From NCBI GenBank assembly GCA_032718475.1, contig JAUCBJ010007123.1, forward strand, positions 1-54,575: 54,575 nt of DNA, written 5' to 3'. Numbering within the stretch: position 1 is the stretch's first letter; each line of letters opens with the position of its first letter. Origin of the DNA: Nemertoderma westbladi (taxonomy: Eukaryota > Animalia > Xenacoelomorpha). A program made the translations under genes and the position numbers. The notes below the pieces were generated by a model. The model did no database searches. It had not been told where the DNA came from and saw only the letters and a program-made list of their open reading frames with translations. This document shows positions 39,108-51,617 of the stretch, one piece after another.

Positions 39108-39510
39108 TGTAAGCGGATTCAGTTCCGCTGCATTACCCTCATAAATGGGAAGTGGCACATTTTCAGTAATAGGTCGGAGGTACGAGATTGGTAACAACCA
39201 ATCTCGTATCACAACCAATAACCGGGGACAACACGAACCCAAAGCCACACAAAGGGAGGTTAGAGGTCAAACCACCTCGAGAGGGAAAAATAACCAACAG
39301 GGGCCAACAGGGGGGGGGGGGGGGGAAGCACTCCCAGAGAGGTGAGAGGCGTGAAGAAGGTTATCAGCCAATAGGAGCGGGGGAGAGCATCCACTAAACA
39401 AAGGCCACAGTAGTGTAGAAATGATTAAATATATATTGTCAATGCATTTAGTTACCAGTTCAGTCATCAGCTTGATACTGTTATTGTCAATCCATCAACT
39501 GTGCTATCAT
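39108..39510 (+). repeat. Putative 3' LTR (right boundary uncertain)
   Basis: Begins TGTAAG directly after the PPT; contains CCAAT (39368) and ATTAAA (39424); no second copy in the window. Confidence 0.45.
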
Positions 39511-41233
39511 TCATTATTCATTTATTGATATTAATTACCGAGCATCAAAGAGATAACAACAAACTTTTCCCATTCTCAATACCACGGTGACGCGTAGTCT
39601 GACAAACCGGTCGCCCTTGATCCCGTCCCAAGCACCAAATTTTGGAAAAAGAGTAAATTGATCAGTAGATAGTATCATCTTGTTTCTTGCGTTATACGGG
39701 TTTATGAGGGTCCTAAATCCGATGGAATCAATAAAAACAGCACTGGACATCGCAAACTTGTACTTTTTGGTGATGGGTACGAAATTTGGTGCTAGCACCA
39801 AAATTTGCCAAATTACGCCAAAAAATACAAGTAGCAATGATCTGGCATATTTGAAATGTATTACATTAGAATCAGCGCCCTAGAAAACCTGAAAATGTAT
39901 ATTTATAGCATCGTATAAGTGAATTAAAAATTTTGTGTTCTAACTGAAAAGTGCTGGTTACTTGTTTTTTTCATTTTTTTCCTACGCATAGAGGACTAAA
40001 CAGCCATTTATGGTAAACATATCATTTTTAAATATTTTCCAATGTATTTTGCGCCCCAGAAAACCTGTATTGAAAAACAATTAGCAATGTAACAATGTAC
40101 AAAAACAATGTAACTTTCAAATTTTGTGAAAATTGTGCACTACTTGTGATTTTGGTGCTGCAATATTACCTCCCGAGTACATTTTTTCGAAATTTTTTTT
40201 TCGGTCGGATCCAGACTAGTGATACCTACGTACAAACAAAAAATCAGACGTTTTCGTTAATATTTGTAGATTTTAGAGGGAGGGGTCAATATGACCCCCC
40301 CCCCCCCCCCCCCCCCCCGGTATTTGTACAGCATTTTATAGCTTTTATAGTACTAATAGGGTTAAATTGTAGGAAAAGTCACGAAATCTCTGTTTTCCCA
40401 ACAAACTTGACTCAAAGATACAGATAAATTACAAAAAAATTGGGCCGATTTGGGTTAATCATTAATTCTTTATTTACTGTACCTTTACATATACACACAC
40501 ATACACCACATAATTGGTATTGCCCTTGTGAACTTTTTTTTTAATATAACGTACTACTGTATGTACTGTACAGTATAATAATCGTGGTCAACCACTGCAC
40601 TGTACAGTATGGGAGGGGAGGCCATAAGATTTCACTAAAAACGCTACTACTCCATCTATCTTAGTCCAAATTTCTCGAAAAAATATTTTAATGACTCAGC
40701 GCCATCAAATATACATAATATTATATCTTATATCATTTTTAAATTGCCATTTTAATTTATTTATTAAATTTTTATTCATAAAAATGGAAATATTTATCAA
40801 AATTTTATAAGACAACTATTAAAGAACTGTCGAAACCAGTTTAAATTAGCCAAAATTAAGGAAATTTGGTGCAAAAATAGCGGATAATTATTAATTTAGA
40901 AAAATAATTAAAAATGTTATTCCGAGAAAGTTTACTTCAAAATTTAATCCTCCCTGCCCAAAACTCTGTCTAAAAACTCTGTCAAAAATCTGTCTGGGGT
41001 CTGATTGGTTAATAATTATTTCACGAGCCATGGTGAAATAATTATACGATATAGTTAAAGTTATATATCATTAATGTAAACTCAACATCAACACTTTCAG
41101 TTTAAGATAACAAAGTGTACATATAGTTTGTTTGTAAGGGGATGAACATACAGACAGCTGAACCGCAGTTTATGAGTTTCTGTTGATAAAACGGGAAGTC
41201 AGTAATTCACAGATTCCACCACCACCAGGAGCC

Positions 41234-42811
41234 TTAATTGGTGTCTTTGTGAACTGATTCTATGTGTTTCTTCAGATATCCTTTTCTACTAAAATGTTTG
41301 TCACAAGAACCGCAATTATACTTTATACCTTTATGAATTGATTCCATGTGTCTCTTCAGATGTCGTTTGACACTAAATTGTTTGTCACAAGAAACGCATT
41401 TATACTTGATACCTTTATGTACTGATTCTATGTGTTTCTTCAGATGTCGTTTGACACTAAATTGTTTTTCACAAGAACCGCAATTATACTTGATACCTTT
41501 ATGTACTGCTCCCATGTGTTCTTTCAGATATCCTTTGTCACTAAATTGTTTGTCACAAGAACCGCAATTATACTTTATACCTTTATGAATTGATTCCATG
41601 TGTCTCTTCAGATGTCGTTTGACACTAAATTGTTTTTCACAAGAACCGCAATTATACTTGATACCTTTATGTACTGCTCCCATGTGTTCTTTCAGATATC
41701 CTTTATCACTAAATTGTTTTTCACAAGAACCGCAATTATACTTGATACGTTTATGTACTGATTCTATGTGTTTCTTCAGATATCCCTTTTGACTAAATTG
41801 TTTGTCACAATAAACGCATTCATATTTGACACATTTATGAATTGACTCCACGTGTATCTTTAGATGTCCTTTGCGATTAAATTGTTTGTCACAATAACCG
41901 CATTTATACTTGATACCTTGATGCACTGATTCTAAGTGGAACTTTAGATAAATTTTTTGACTAAATTGTTTGTCACAAGAAACGCAATTATACTTGATGC
42001 ATTTATGAATTGATTCCATGTGTTTCTTCAGACTCTGTTTCCCAATAAATTGTTTTTCACAAGAACCGCACTTATACTTGATGCCTCTATGTACTGAATC
42101 CATGTGTCTCTTCAGATCTCCTTTGTCACTAAATTGTTTGTCGCAAGAACCGCATTTATACTTGATACCTTTATGTACTGATTCTATGTGTCTCTTAAGA
42201 TTCCCTTTGTCACTAAATTGTTTTTCACAAGAACCGCAATTATTCTTGATACCTTTATGTACTGATTCCATGTGGGTCCTTATATGTCCTTTTTGAGTAA
42301 ATTGTTTGTCACAAGACCCGCATTTATACTTGACCCCTTTATGCAATGATTGTTTGGGATTCTTTAAATTTACTTTATGATTAAATCGCTTACCCTTGAG
42401 AACGGATTTAGCAATAACTTCACAAGCAGATTTTTTCTCAATACAGAAATCTTGTCTTACAACTCGAGATTTATCTTCGGAAGTACCGCAAATAGATTCT
42501 GCTTCTGATTTAAAACTGATAACGTTTATACCGCTGATTGTGTTGCCGATTTGATTAATAGAATATTGTTCATCTGTACAGAACTCTTGTTTGATCTTTC
42601 GAGATTTATTGTCGGAAGTACCGCAAATAGGTTCCGATTCTGATTTAAAACTGATAAGGTTTATACCGCTGTTTGTCTCGACCTCTTTATTAACAGTTGG
42701 TGGAGCGACGAAGTTATCTTGTTCCTCCTCACCGGACTGAGAATCACTTTCATCTGCCATGATACGATCCAGTAAATCCCAAGCTTCGTCACTCAAAGTA
42801 TTCGAAGACAT
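41234..42811 (-). CDS. C2H2 zinc-finger array protein, 13 fingers with a 29-aa period, intronless, 525 aa
   Basis: Repeated CxxCxKQFxxKxxLKxHxESxHKGIKY; acidic N-terminus with an internal duplication (SGINLISFKSESEPICGTS / SGINVISFKSEAESICGTS); no KRAB, SET or ZAD domain recognised. Confidence 0.95.
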   Translation of the reverse strand: MSSNTLSDEAWDLLDRIMADESDSQSGEEEQDNFVAPPTVNKEVETNSGINLISFKSESEPICGTSDNKSRKIKQEFCTDEQYSINQIGNTISGINVISFKSEAESICGTSEDKSRVVRQDFCIEKKSACEVIAKSVLKGKRFNHKVNLKNPKQSLHKGVKYKCGSCDKQFTQKGHIRTHMESVHKGIKNNCGSCEKQFSDKGNLKRHIESVHKGIKYKCGSCDKQFSDKGDLKRHMDSVHRGIKYKCGSCEKQFIGKQSLKKHMESIHKCIKYNCVSCDKQFSQKIYLKFHLESVHQGIKYKCGYCDKQFNRKGHLKIHVESIHKCVKYECVYCDKQFSQKGYLKKHIESVHKRIKYNCGSCEKQFSDKGYLKEHMGAVHKGIKYNCGSCEKQFSVKRHLKRHMESIHKGIKYNCGSCDKQFSDKGYLKEHMGAVHKGIKYNCGSCEKQFSVKRHLKKHIESVHKGIKYKCVSCDKQFSVKRHLKRHMESIHKGIKYNCGSCDKHFSRKGYLKKHIESVHKDTN

Positions 42812-43246
42812 ATTTAATACAATTCAGACTAACTAACGTATAAATGTGACAATCTAAATATTACCAATATAATTGTAATTAATGACACAAACTTCAGCAG
42901 TTGGGGCCTTTAATACTTCCTGGGTTTGGCTGACTGTAATACTGAATGCAGCAGCTACAGTGCTTAGGGGAGTGGAGCGCCCTTATAAGTGGACGAGGGT
43001 ATAGAATTCGGTACCTATTAGATCCAAATACAATAGATATAACAGATACACCGGTAGCTACTAAGACCATGGGGCCTCTATCCCTTACCAACATCGGTGC
43101 GTAACTCTGGGAGTTTGATTCAGGGAATACAAAAATACTGGAACTTTACAATGGAAGGTTTGCAGCCTTCACTGTAGAAATTCGTACAAGGAGGTTGTCT
43201 AACAATACCTCGCTAGTAGTTGGCGCCAATTTATCTATCATGTACG

Positions 43247-43425
43247 GAAGCCCATAACGGCCATGTTGCGCAAACTTCCATGTCAAGCGCACAAACTTTA
43301 TGCCATTTCCGTGTAGAAACATTTGCGCGCGCGACATGGAAGTTTGCGCGCGCGACATGGAAGTTTGCGCACGCGACATGGAAGTTTGCGCGCGCGACAT
43401 GGGGAAGCCCATAACGGCCATGTCG
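43247..43425. repeat. Small element with 21-bp tandem units flanked by a direct repeat
   Basis: TTTGCGCGCGCGACATGGAAG x~4; GAAGCCCATAACGGCCATGT at ~43247 and ~43404. Confidence 0.75.
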
Positions 43426-44973
43426 CCCGCAAACTTAATATCATATCCGTTTTGAATTTTTGTCTGGGCGGGAAATTTGAATTTACTTGTCCTACTGTTT
43501 GACTGTTCAGTTGTTAGTAATGCAGTATTTTGAACAGGAAAACAGTTCAGTGCTATTTTACTGCATATATATATATATATATTACTGCTATAGGCGTATC
43601 GGCTCGTCCGAATTTTAATAATATTAACATGGATGAGGATGATCTAGACCTTTTTCAATTTCAATTTCATTCCCGGCTTGCGCCCCGGTGGCTATATTAC
43701 ATATTCAATATATAGGTCTCAAATAATAAAAATATATATAAAATGGTCATACACACAAATATAAAAGAAAAAATTTTATTACAAGAACCATCTCAAAGAA
43801 AGAGAAACACAATTACAACATATTCAATACAAATTAAAAATATTGTGTCGTCCTTAATATTAATCCTTCAAAACCTGGAGGTCTCGCCAAGACGTAAAGC
43901 ATCCCCCCCCCCCCCCCCCCCCTCCTTAAAGTTAAACCCAGTTTTTATCGTAATAATCAAGGATACACTGCCTTTTCAATGATATACTTGTTTCAACATC
44001 ATTTAGGATGGAGTTTATGAGGATCTTGTTGAACTGATCACGGTAGGTAAATTCTGGATACTGTTGACTTTTTAGAACTGCTTTAATATCATATCGGTGG
44101 CAACAGAGATATGGTTAACTAGGTGTAGTATATTTAAAAGATCCCACTGCATAATCATCATACATATTATCTTTAATTTGGCTAGTCATGTGCCGTGTTA
44201 GCACATGACTAAACAGATAAGTTTCTTTTCTGTTATTGCAGTTGAAAGCAGCATAAATTGTACGGCAGTATGCATGGACGGAATCAACTGTCAATCCACG
44301 ATTTTTCATTGTAGATACATTACTCCATATTTTCTTAACAAAGTGGTCTCTGATATTTCGGTTCGTTGCTGGTAATGGAAGACCTAAGAAATTACAAGAT
44401 TCAGCTGTTGGGATAACTATGCCATCACTTAAGACTAGATTTCCATTATATTCGTTATAACATGATTTTGTTTTACTTATTACATACCACGACTTCTTAG
44501 AGTTTAGAACTAGGTTGTGGGCTGAAAAATATGTTTTGCAGATCGCCATTATCTCATGGATGTCACTCCTTAGGTTCGCCATAAGAAGTATATCGTCAGC
44601 ATAACTTATAGCTGGATAAGCTTCTTTGTTAATGTGTAATCCCATACCAGACATTTCAAGCTCGTTAAATAAGTCGGCTAAATATATATTAAATAAGATG
44701 GGAGACAATACCCCACCTTGTCTGACGCCACATTTCAAGTGGATTGATTCCCTAGTTATGTTCCCATTAATTGAGATCAGTGCGCACGAATTTATATAAT
44801 AGGAATATAACGTTATCAGAATTGATTTATCAATATTTGTATTTTCCAACTTTTCAAACAGTTTTTTGTAGTTTACTGTGTCAAATGCACTTGTTAGATC
44901 AAGAGATACTATATAAACGTTCGAAACTTCCCTGTTAAAGTGCTTGAGTAATTTGTTAGCTAACATGTATGGT

Positions 44974-47257
44974 CATGGCCGGCGCCAGGATTTTTCTTGG
45001 GGGGTGCAGATGTTGAAAAAGCGGACCTTTTTTGTTACCATCGAAACAAAAATATTACACATTGCTGCATTGCACCGGTATCAGTTTAGGCCGCTAACCT
45101 AGAAAATTTTACACTTTGTATCAGATAGTTAGAAAAAAGTTAGAGTGAACCTATTAAATGATATGATTGAATGATACTAAATTATGGACGCAATAAAAAT
45201 TCATCCCTCTCCAGGGGAAATTCCGACACAAATAAAGTCTGATTACTCTCAAAAATAAAACTGTAACCTGTACTATTGTGTTTAGTTTATTGTTTTGGTT
45301 GAAATAACGTGCCACTCTAACCTGCTCCTTTCCCTAAATTGAGAATTTAACATTGAGGCGGGACATGAATTCGCCAAGGCGGGTTTTGCGTTTCCTTCCT
45401 GTCTCCAACAAAGTATTTTGATTTTGATATAATAAACCCACCAGTATTCTAACTTATACTGTGAAATACTTCTACACATTCAAATTAATAAATTTAAAAA
45501 ATACTTAAAAATCTTACTTAAAAAATATTTAATTCAACAATAAAACAACCTAGACTTTAATTTGGTTGAACAAATGGTTGATTACTGCAGACTGCTACCG
45601 GAATATTGGATGGAGTGAGTAAAACGGAATAGGTGATTTAATTAGATCGGATTTTAATCAACCTTGATTTAACCCTATCTGGCCCGGGCTATTTGACAAC
45701 GTAATTGGCGGTGCCATTGGACTTGGACATGGACTCAGAGGAGATTCTGGTAGTTGGTGGATGTACAGTAGATTGTGTTTCTATTATGACAGTAGGATTC
45801 GTTGCGACAGGTATGGGACTGGAACTACCACTTGTCTGGTAGTTTCGCTTAGGCTCAGGGAGCGCTGAAAAATAGCTTCCAATAACGTTGGTTCCCTCAG
45901 CAGCCCTTTTTAACAACCGCTGCTTATTTTGTTGACGCCCTGGCATACCGGCACTTAAATAGTAAGTCAAGCCTATAGGCCCTATACAAAGAAATAAATA
46001 ATACAATGGAAGAATCAAGAATAGCCTAATAATTACCGGGCCTGCTGGACTATCTGACTATAAACTAGAACTGTAGCCTTAGCCTAAACGGCACTTATAT
46101 GACATCGGGCACGCACTTACATTTTCAATTTTTTTTAAATCAGTATTTTATGTAAAACGGTACCGGTATGCATTGTAAATTTATGAATCATAATGTTACA
46201 TTTTTTTTAAAAAAAATTTGTTCTAGAACAAAAATATTTATCAAGATTGATAGTTTACATAACACGTAATTTTAAAATGTATGTAATGTACCCATGTCGT
46301 AGGCCTATAAGTGCCGCCTGAACTACTGCATCAGAAAGTTCAGAATGCGACAAGTTATGTGGTGCAATAAAAAATAAAACCTGGAGGTGGTTAGGGTTAC
46401 AGTTACCAGTAACAGGTATGCCTAAACTGGTAAAAATGCAGAAATGTGATTTGATGGTTGGTTACGGTACCGTACCCATGCAGCTAAACTTATATTTTAG
46501 GCAATCGCATCTTACAGCCTATAATAATTCAGGAAAATCGGCTGATTATAACAAAATCAAACCAGCTATTTAGTATAAAAGTATACAGGTAGTAGGACAG
46601 TACTGGTGGTCTGGTATTGCTACCAGTAGTATACTAAGGTTGAATTGAATTGCCGACCTATTGTCTGTTAGTTGCTTGTTGCTGCTACCCGTACATAAAA
46701 GTATACAGGAAGTAGGACAGTACTGGTGGTCTGGTATTGCTACCAGTAGTATACTAAGGTTGAATTGAATTGCCGACCTATTGTCTGTTAGTTGCTTGTT
46801 GCTGCTACCCGTACATAAAAGTATACAGGAAGTAGGACAGTACTGGTGGTCTGGTATTGCTACCAATAGTATACAAAGGTTGAATTGAATTGCCGACCTA
46901 TTGTCTGTTAGTTGCTTGTTGCTGCTACCTGTACTAAACACTAAACCGAAAGTAAAATGAACTAAACATTGAAAATATATAAATAACTTGCAGGTAATGT
47001 AATAGAGGTGTAGTGTGTAGTGGTATCGGTATGATGTTCACTGTTGACAGCAAGTAATACCAGAAGACCCAGTAATATAAATGGACAGAAATCTGATTAG
47101 AATAAGATTCAAGTGACTGTGTGTTCTTTTGGTTTAATAATTACACAACAATTTTTGTATTAGTCCACAATGAAAATATATTCATCCAATTGCGGACCTT
47201 TTCTCACTTTTTGGGGGGTGCAGCTGCACCCCTTGCACCCCATTGGCGCCGGCCATG
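44974..47257. mobile_element. Non-autonomous hAT-like DNA transposon, TIR CATGGCCGGCGCCA, 8-bp TSD TGTATGGT
   Basis: Perfect 14-bp TIRs; TSD at 44966-44973 and 47258-47265; removing the element and one TSD copy restores in-frame RT GYKSGHGTDIPY-MLANKLL. Confidence 0.95.
46572..46933. repeat. 120-bp tandem repeat, 3 copies, inside the hAT-like element
   Basis: ATAAAAGTATACAGG.AGTAGGACAGTACTGGTGGTCTGGTATTGC... at 120-bp spacing. Confidence 0.95.
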
Positions 47258-49917
47258 TGTATGGTATATCTGTTCCATGACCAGATTTATATCCCATTTG
47301 TAGTGGACTTGTGTCAATTCGTTTTATGTCATCTGCTACCATTATTTCCCAGATTTTCGCCAGCACGGATATAACGGAGATACCTCTGTAGCTCCCATTT
47401 TTATAAATGTCTCGATTTCCACTTTTTAGTTGAGGTAGAAGAAGGCTAGTTGTTAGAACATCTGGGAATGACTTTAATCTGTGAATGGTATTGTATAGAG
47501 TGGCAAGATAAGAACATAGCTCTTCTGAGAGGCTAACCCTTAGATGTTCAGAAACTAGGTTGTGACTATCTGCTGCTTTACCCATGTTCAGTTTGCGGAT
47601 AGCAGTATCTACATCGGCTGAGGAAAATGCTTTAATATGTCCCAAGGCATCTGCTGTTGTCTTCTCATTGGGATGTCAAGTTTGTTCCCCAATTTCCTTT
47701 GGATTGAAACATTTATTATAATGGTTTACCAGATTATTCGCATTGACATCTAACATGCTTGTGTTTCCTTCTGCCTTAAGCAGATTCCAAAACTTAGTGC
47801 GATTTGATTTGCAAGAATCTGTTAAGTTACGGATATGCTCCCAGTATGCATTTTGTTCTAAGCGACTCTTTAGCCTTCTATATTCTAAATCTGCAATTGT
47901 CATTTTCTGACCTGTTTTGTGCAAAGATTTCAGCTTATCTAGTTGCCCCCAATTTGCAGCAGCTTGTTTGGGAACATATGCAGGTTTCAATTTATGCCTA
48001 CGTGGGTACACTAACACTACGGGTATGTTATCCTTTGCAGCATCATTTAGAACACCAATTAGTGTTTTTGACATTGAATTTGATGCACTAGCTTCCTCAT
48101 ATTCAGATTCTTTATCTTTATGGTTTATATCCCTTAATTTAGTTGTAACACAGTTTTTGTACTCACACAACTGGTCTTTCGTTGCTCTTTTGAACATATA
48201 AACAGGAGACCTTTTCTTCTTCAAAATATTATTGCTTTGTGTATTGGTAACATTTTCTGATTCATCGAGTGTGAACGTCACCCATACCGCTGTGTGGTCT
48301 GACTTATTAAGTGGCTGTGGGTCAAGAACATTGCTAGTTTCTGTGCAGGCAGAGATATTTACTGATGTCACTACATGGTCTATTAATGAAGATCGAGTGA
48401 CTTGTCCAAAAATATTTTTAAATCTGTATGACACCGGTTGGATACCCGATGGCCTTGTTGTATTAACTGTTACGAGTCCAAAGGGCTATATTATATGATC
48501 ATTAAATACATATTTAAAGTCTCCAGTATTGGAAGGTTGACTATATAGCATATTGGAAAGAACATTGCAGTTTATGTCCCCAGCAATAATAATTTCGAAG
48601 TCTTTTTCTATTGAGTCCTGTAATGATGCACTCAGGCTAGCACAGACTTCGAGGAAGTGTATCCTATCTTCGGGATCTCCACAATTGGCAGGCATATATA
48701 TATATTCCAAAAAGATCAATATCTTTGGTAAACAGGCCTTTTATTGATAGTCCAACTATGCGATCACTGACTGTATGGATTTTTGAGCAATGTTGATAAA
48801 TTTCTTCTTTGGTAATTATGGCTACTCCCCCTTCCCCACGCACTCTTGTTTTTGTATTTAACATACCATCTGCTACTGAGTATGAACACTTATAGCCTTT
48901 TGGAAGCCGTTTGTGGTTGAAGTAGTATAGTGATTCTCTGGAACCTAGCCAATGTTCTTGTAACACAAGAATATCTGGATTTTCTGTGAGAACAAGTGAA
49001 AAAATATATTCAATGTTTCGTTTGTAACCTTTACAGTTGAAACTTAAGACCTTTAAGTGTCTTGTAGAGTTTAATTTCTTATGAATTGTTGAACTAGTTG
49101 AGTCATCTTTTATACCCTTGCTACTATTGTAATCCGAAATATGGCACTGTTGTGGTATAGCTGTGCAGGGTGGGAAATTGTATTTAAAAACACTGTCTCA
49201 ATACACTGTGAATATAATTTTGGTATTGAATATGTTGGTTGTAAGGTGTTGGTAGGCATATTCTTCTGTTGTTGTGTAGGGGGTTCGATATTTTCAAACA
49301 ACCATGTGTCATATTAAATTGTCTGTTTGCAGCAGAATATACATCTTCTTTCCTGTGTTGTACATGGCTTACTCACATGGTTTACTCTACTATGTATGAA
49401 TAATTTCTTATCATTGCTGTAGAGGTTTGTACTTTGCCCAGGATAGGAATAACAATAATTATTACTATTAATATTATTATTATTAACTTCTTGCACTTTC
49501 ACATTTTGGCCAGGCCACATACTCTCTTGTAGATATGTTGTGAGATCAGCTGCCTCAATTGTTACCTTGGCTTCCTTGAGATAGCCTCTGTTATTGACCA
49601 ATACATTAATTGGGTGCTTACCAGTTTGTTGAAAACAGAAGTTCGAGATAATGTGTGAGCTGGAGTTGGCAGGAAGACCAGATACTAGTATATACTTCTT
49701 AGGAATACTCGATTCAATGGTATTATTACCAGTTTCTTGTGCATGATTACTTTTGGGTAAAGATGCCTTACTGGTTTGAGGTTTATCTCTGTGAGTAGAT
49801 ATTTTACCTATTTTGTCCTTAGTTATTTCTGAGACATTTTCTTTGTTACTCATTTCCTTAAAGCCACTCGATATAGTTCTGAGTTTTTAGGAACTTATCG
49901 CCCCTGGGTCTTTATCG

Positions 49918-50960
49918 GGATGTAGGACAATTCGGTCCCGGACAATTCGGTCCCGGACAATTCGGTCCGGACAATTCGGTCCCGGACAATTCGGTCCCGG
50001 ACAATTCGGTCCCAAAACACTAAATAAATGGGACCGAATTGTCCGGGACCGAATTGTCCGGGACCGAATTGTCCTAGGACCGAATTGTCCTAGGACCGAA
50101 TTGTCCGGGACCGAATTGTCCGGGACCGAATTTGTTATGGTAGCTAGTGTTATTTACTTGCTAGAATTTTTTGAAATTTTAAAAATACTGTATTTTTTTT
50201 ATTTTCGTTATTGGTAGTGTTCGAGAACATTGTTATATATTATTTATTAAGGTGTAGCTAGTGTTTTTTGTTACTAGCATTTCCTTGAAATTATTAAAAC
50301 ACTTGTGTAAACATTGATATTTCAGAATTAGGTCTAAACTGTTGCTGATTATATTAATTACCAACAATATTGATGATATTATAACAGTCCCTGAATGAGA
50401 TCCAGCTATTATCTAAGATAATAATTTAGGCTTGTTAACCAACCAACAACACATACAGTATACTTACGCAGTATATAAAAAAAATATGTTTTAAACATTT
50501 TAAATACATACTATCACTAGCTAGTAAATAATTCACAAGCTCCGTAAAAACACCATAATAGCTACCATAACTAATAATGTTAACAAAAAAAAGTAAAATT
50601 TTTTTATTTTTAAAAGAATACTAGCTAATAAAAAAAACACTAGCTACCATATAATAATATATATTAAGGTTCTAGAACATTTACCATTATATAGTACCAA
50701 TTAAATTTGGTCCCGGACAATTCGGTCCTGGACAATTCGGTCCCGGACAATTCGGTCCCGGACAATTCGGTCCCATTAATATGCATGTTTTGGGACCGAA
50801 TTATCCTAGTCAGTATCCGGACAATTCGGTCCCGGACAATTCGGTCCCAAAACACAAAATTAATAGGACCGAATTGTCCGGGACCGAATTGTCCGGGACC
50901 GAATTGTCCGGGACCGAATTGTCCGGACCGAATTGTCCGGGACCGAATTGTCCTGCTTCC
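49918..50960. mobile_element. Foldback-type element built from 15-bp GGACAATTCGGTCCC arrays, 8-bp TSD CTTTATCG
   Basis: Termini GGATGTAGGACAATTC and GAATTGTCCTGCTTCC; arrays in both orientations at each end; TSD at 49910-49917 and 50961-50968. Confidence 0.88.
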
Positions 50961-51165
50961 CTTTATCGACCCCGAGTCTTTATCGCCCCTGTCATTATAT
51001 ATACAGGATACTTTCCACCAACTTTCTCATACTTCCTAAAAGTCACATACTTTACTGTAGTTATAGTTTACATTTATATTTATACTGAAATAGTTTCAGG
51101 TAGAAGATACCTACAGTTATAAATTATATTATTCATATTTTCTTTCTCAATTCATAGACTAAGCA

Positions 51166-51236
51166 GCAGCTTGATTTAGTGTTAACAATCTCGGCTTTCA
51201 TTCTGGAGGCTCAAGGTTCGATCCCTGGACGACGCA
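51166..51236 (+). pseudogene. tRNA-Gly-like pseudogene or SINE head
   Basis: 71 nt with A-box-like TGATTTAGTGTT, B box GGTTCGATCCC and 3' end GGACGACGCA, colinear with eukaryotic tRNA-Gly; stems do not pair well. Confidence 0.6.
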
Positions 51237-51257
51237 TAAATGAGAACCATGGTAATT

Positions 51258-51617
51258 TGGAAAACAGAGTGTAAGGGTTTACTGTGGAAGGTCACCCACT
51301 GTGGAGAACAGGCATTCCTTTGGGAAACAGAGTGAAAGGGCTTACTGTGAAAGATCACCCATGGTGGTGGGTGAACAGGCATTCCTTTGGGAAACAGAGT
51401 GGAAGGGTTTACTATGTAAGATCACCCATGGTGGTGAACAGGCATTCCTTCAGGAAACGTGGTGGAATGGTTTACTGTGGAAGATCACCCATGGTGGTGA
51501 ACAGGCATTCCTTTTTGGAAACAGAGTGGGAGGGTTTATTGTGGAAGATCACCCACTGTGGAGAACAGGCATTCCTTTGGGAAACAGAGTGGAAGGGTTT
51601 AATGTGAAAGATCACCC
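51258..51617. repeat. ~60-bp tandem repeat, ~6 copies, directly downstream of the tRNA-like head
   Basis: GGAAACAGAGTGGAAGGGTTTACTGTGGAAGATCACCCA...GAACAGGCATTCCTTT. Confidence 0.92.

Larger units (their letters stand above)
33643..39510 (+). mobile_element. Purine-rich, 5'-truncated LTR-retroelement-like sequence carrying an accessory exonuclease/zinc-knuckle ORF
   Basis: Abrupt compositional switch at 33643; G/A skew throughout; GGGGGGGAG polypurine tract (39099-39107) directly followed by TGTAAG; no gag/pol recognised and only one LTR-like end is present. Confidence 0.55.
43652..49890 (-). mobile_element. Near full-length CR1/L2-group LINE (ORF1 49314-49853; frameshifted APE-RT ORF2 ~49110-44115), split by an hAT-type insertion
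   Basis: VLSFNCKG, LVLQEHWL, GEGGVAI, IIAGDINC, SLIDHV, SDH (APE); YRGISV, QMGYK, LDLTSAFDTV, GVRQGGVLSP, YADD (RT); ORF1 with ILVSGLP...MWPG; 3' tail GAAATTGAAATTGAAA. Confidence 0.92.

Noticed and set aside
49925-50950. CRISPR-like or coding (GTELS / GPNCP repeat) interpretation
   Set aside because: 15-bp tandem arrays in both orientations inside a TSD-flanked element; the ORFs are by-products of the repeat
51166-51236. Functional tRNA gene
   Set aside because: Acceptor and anticodon stems do not pair; kept only as pseudogene or SINE head
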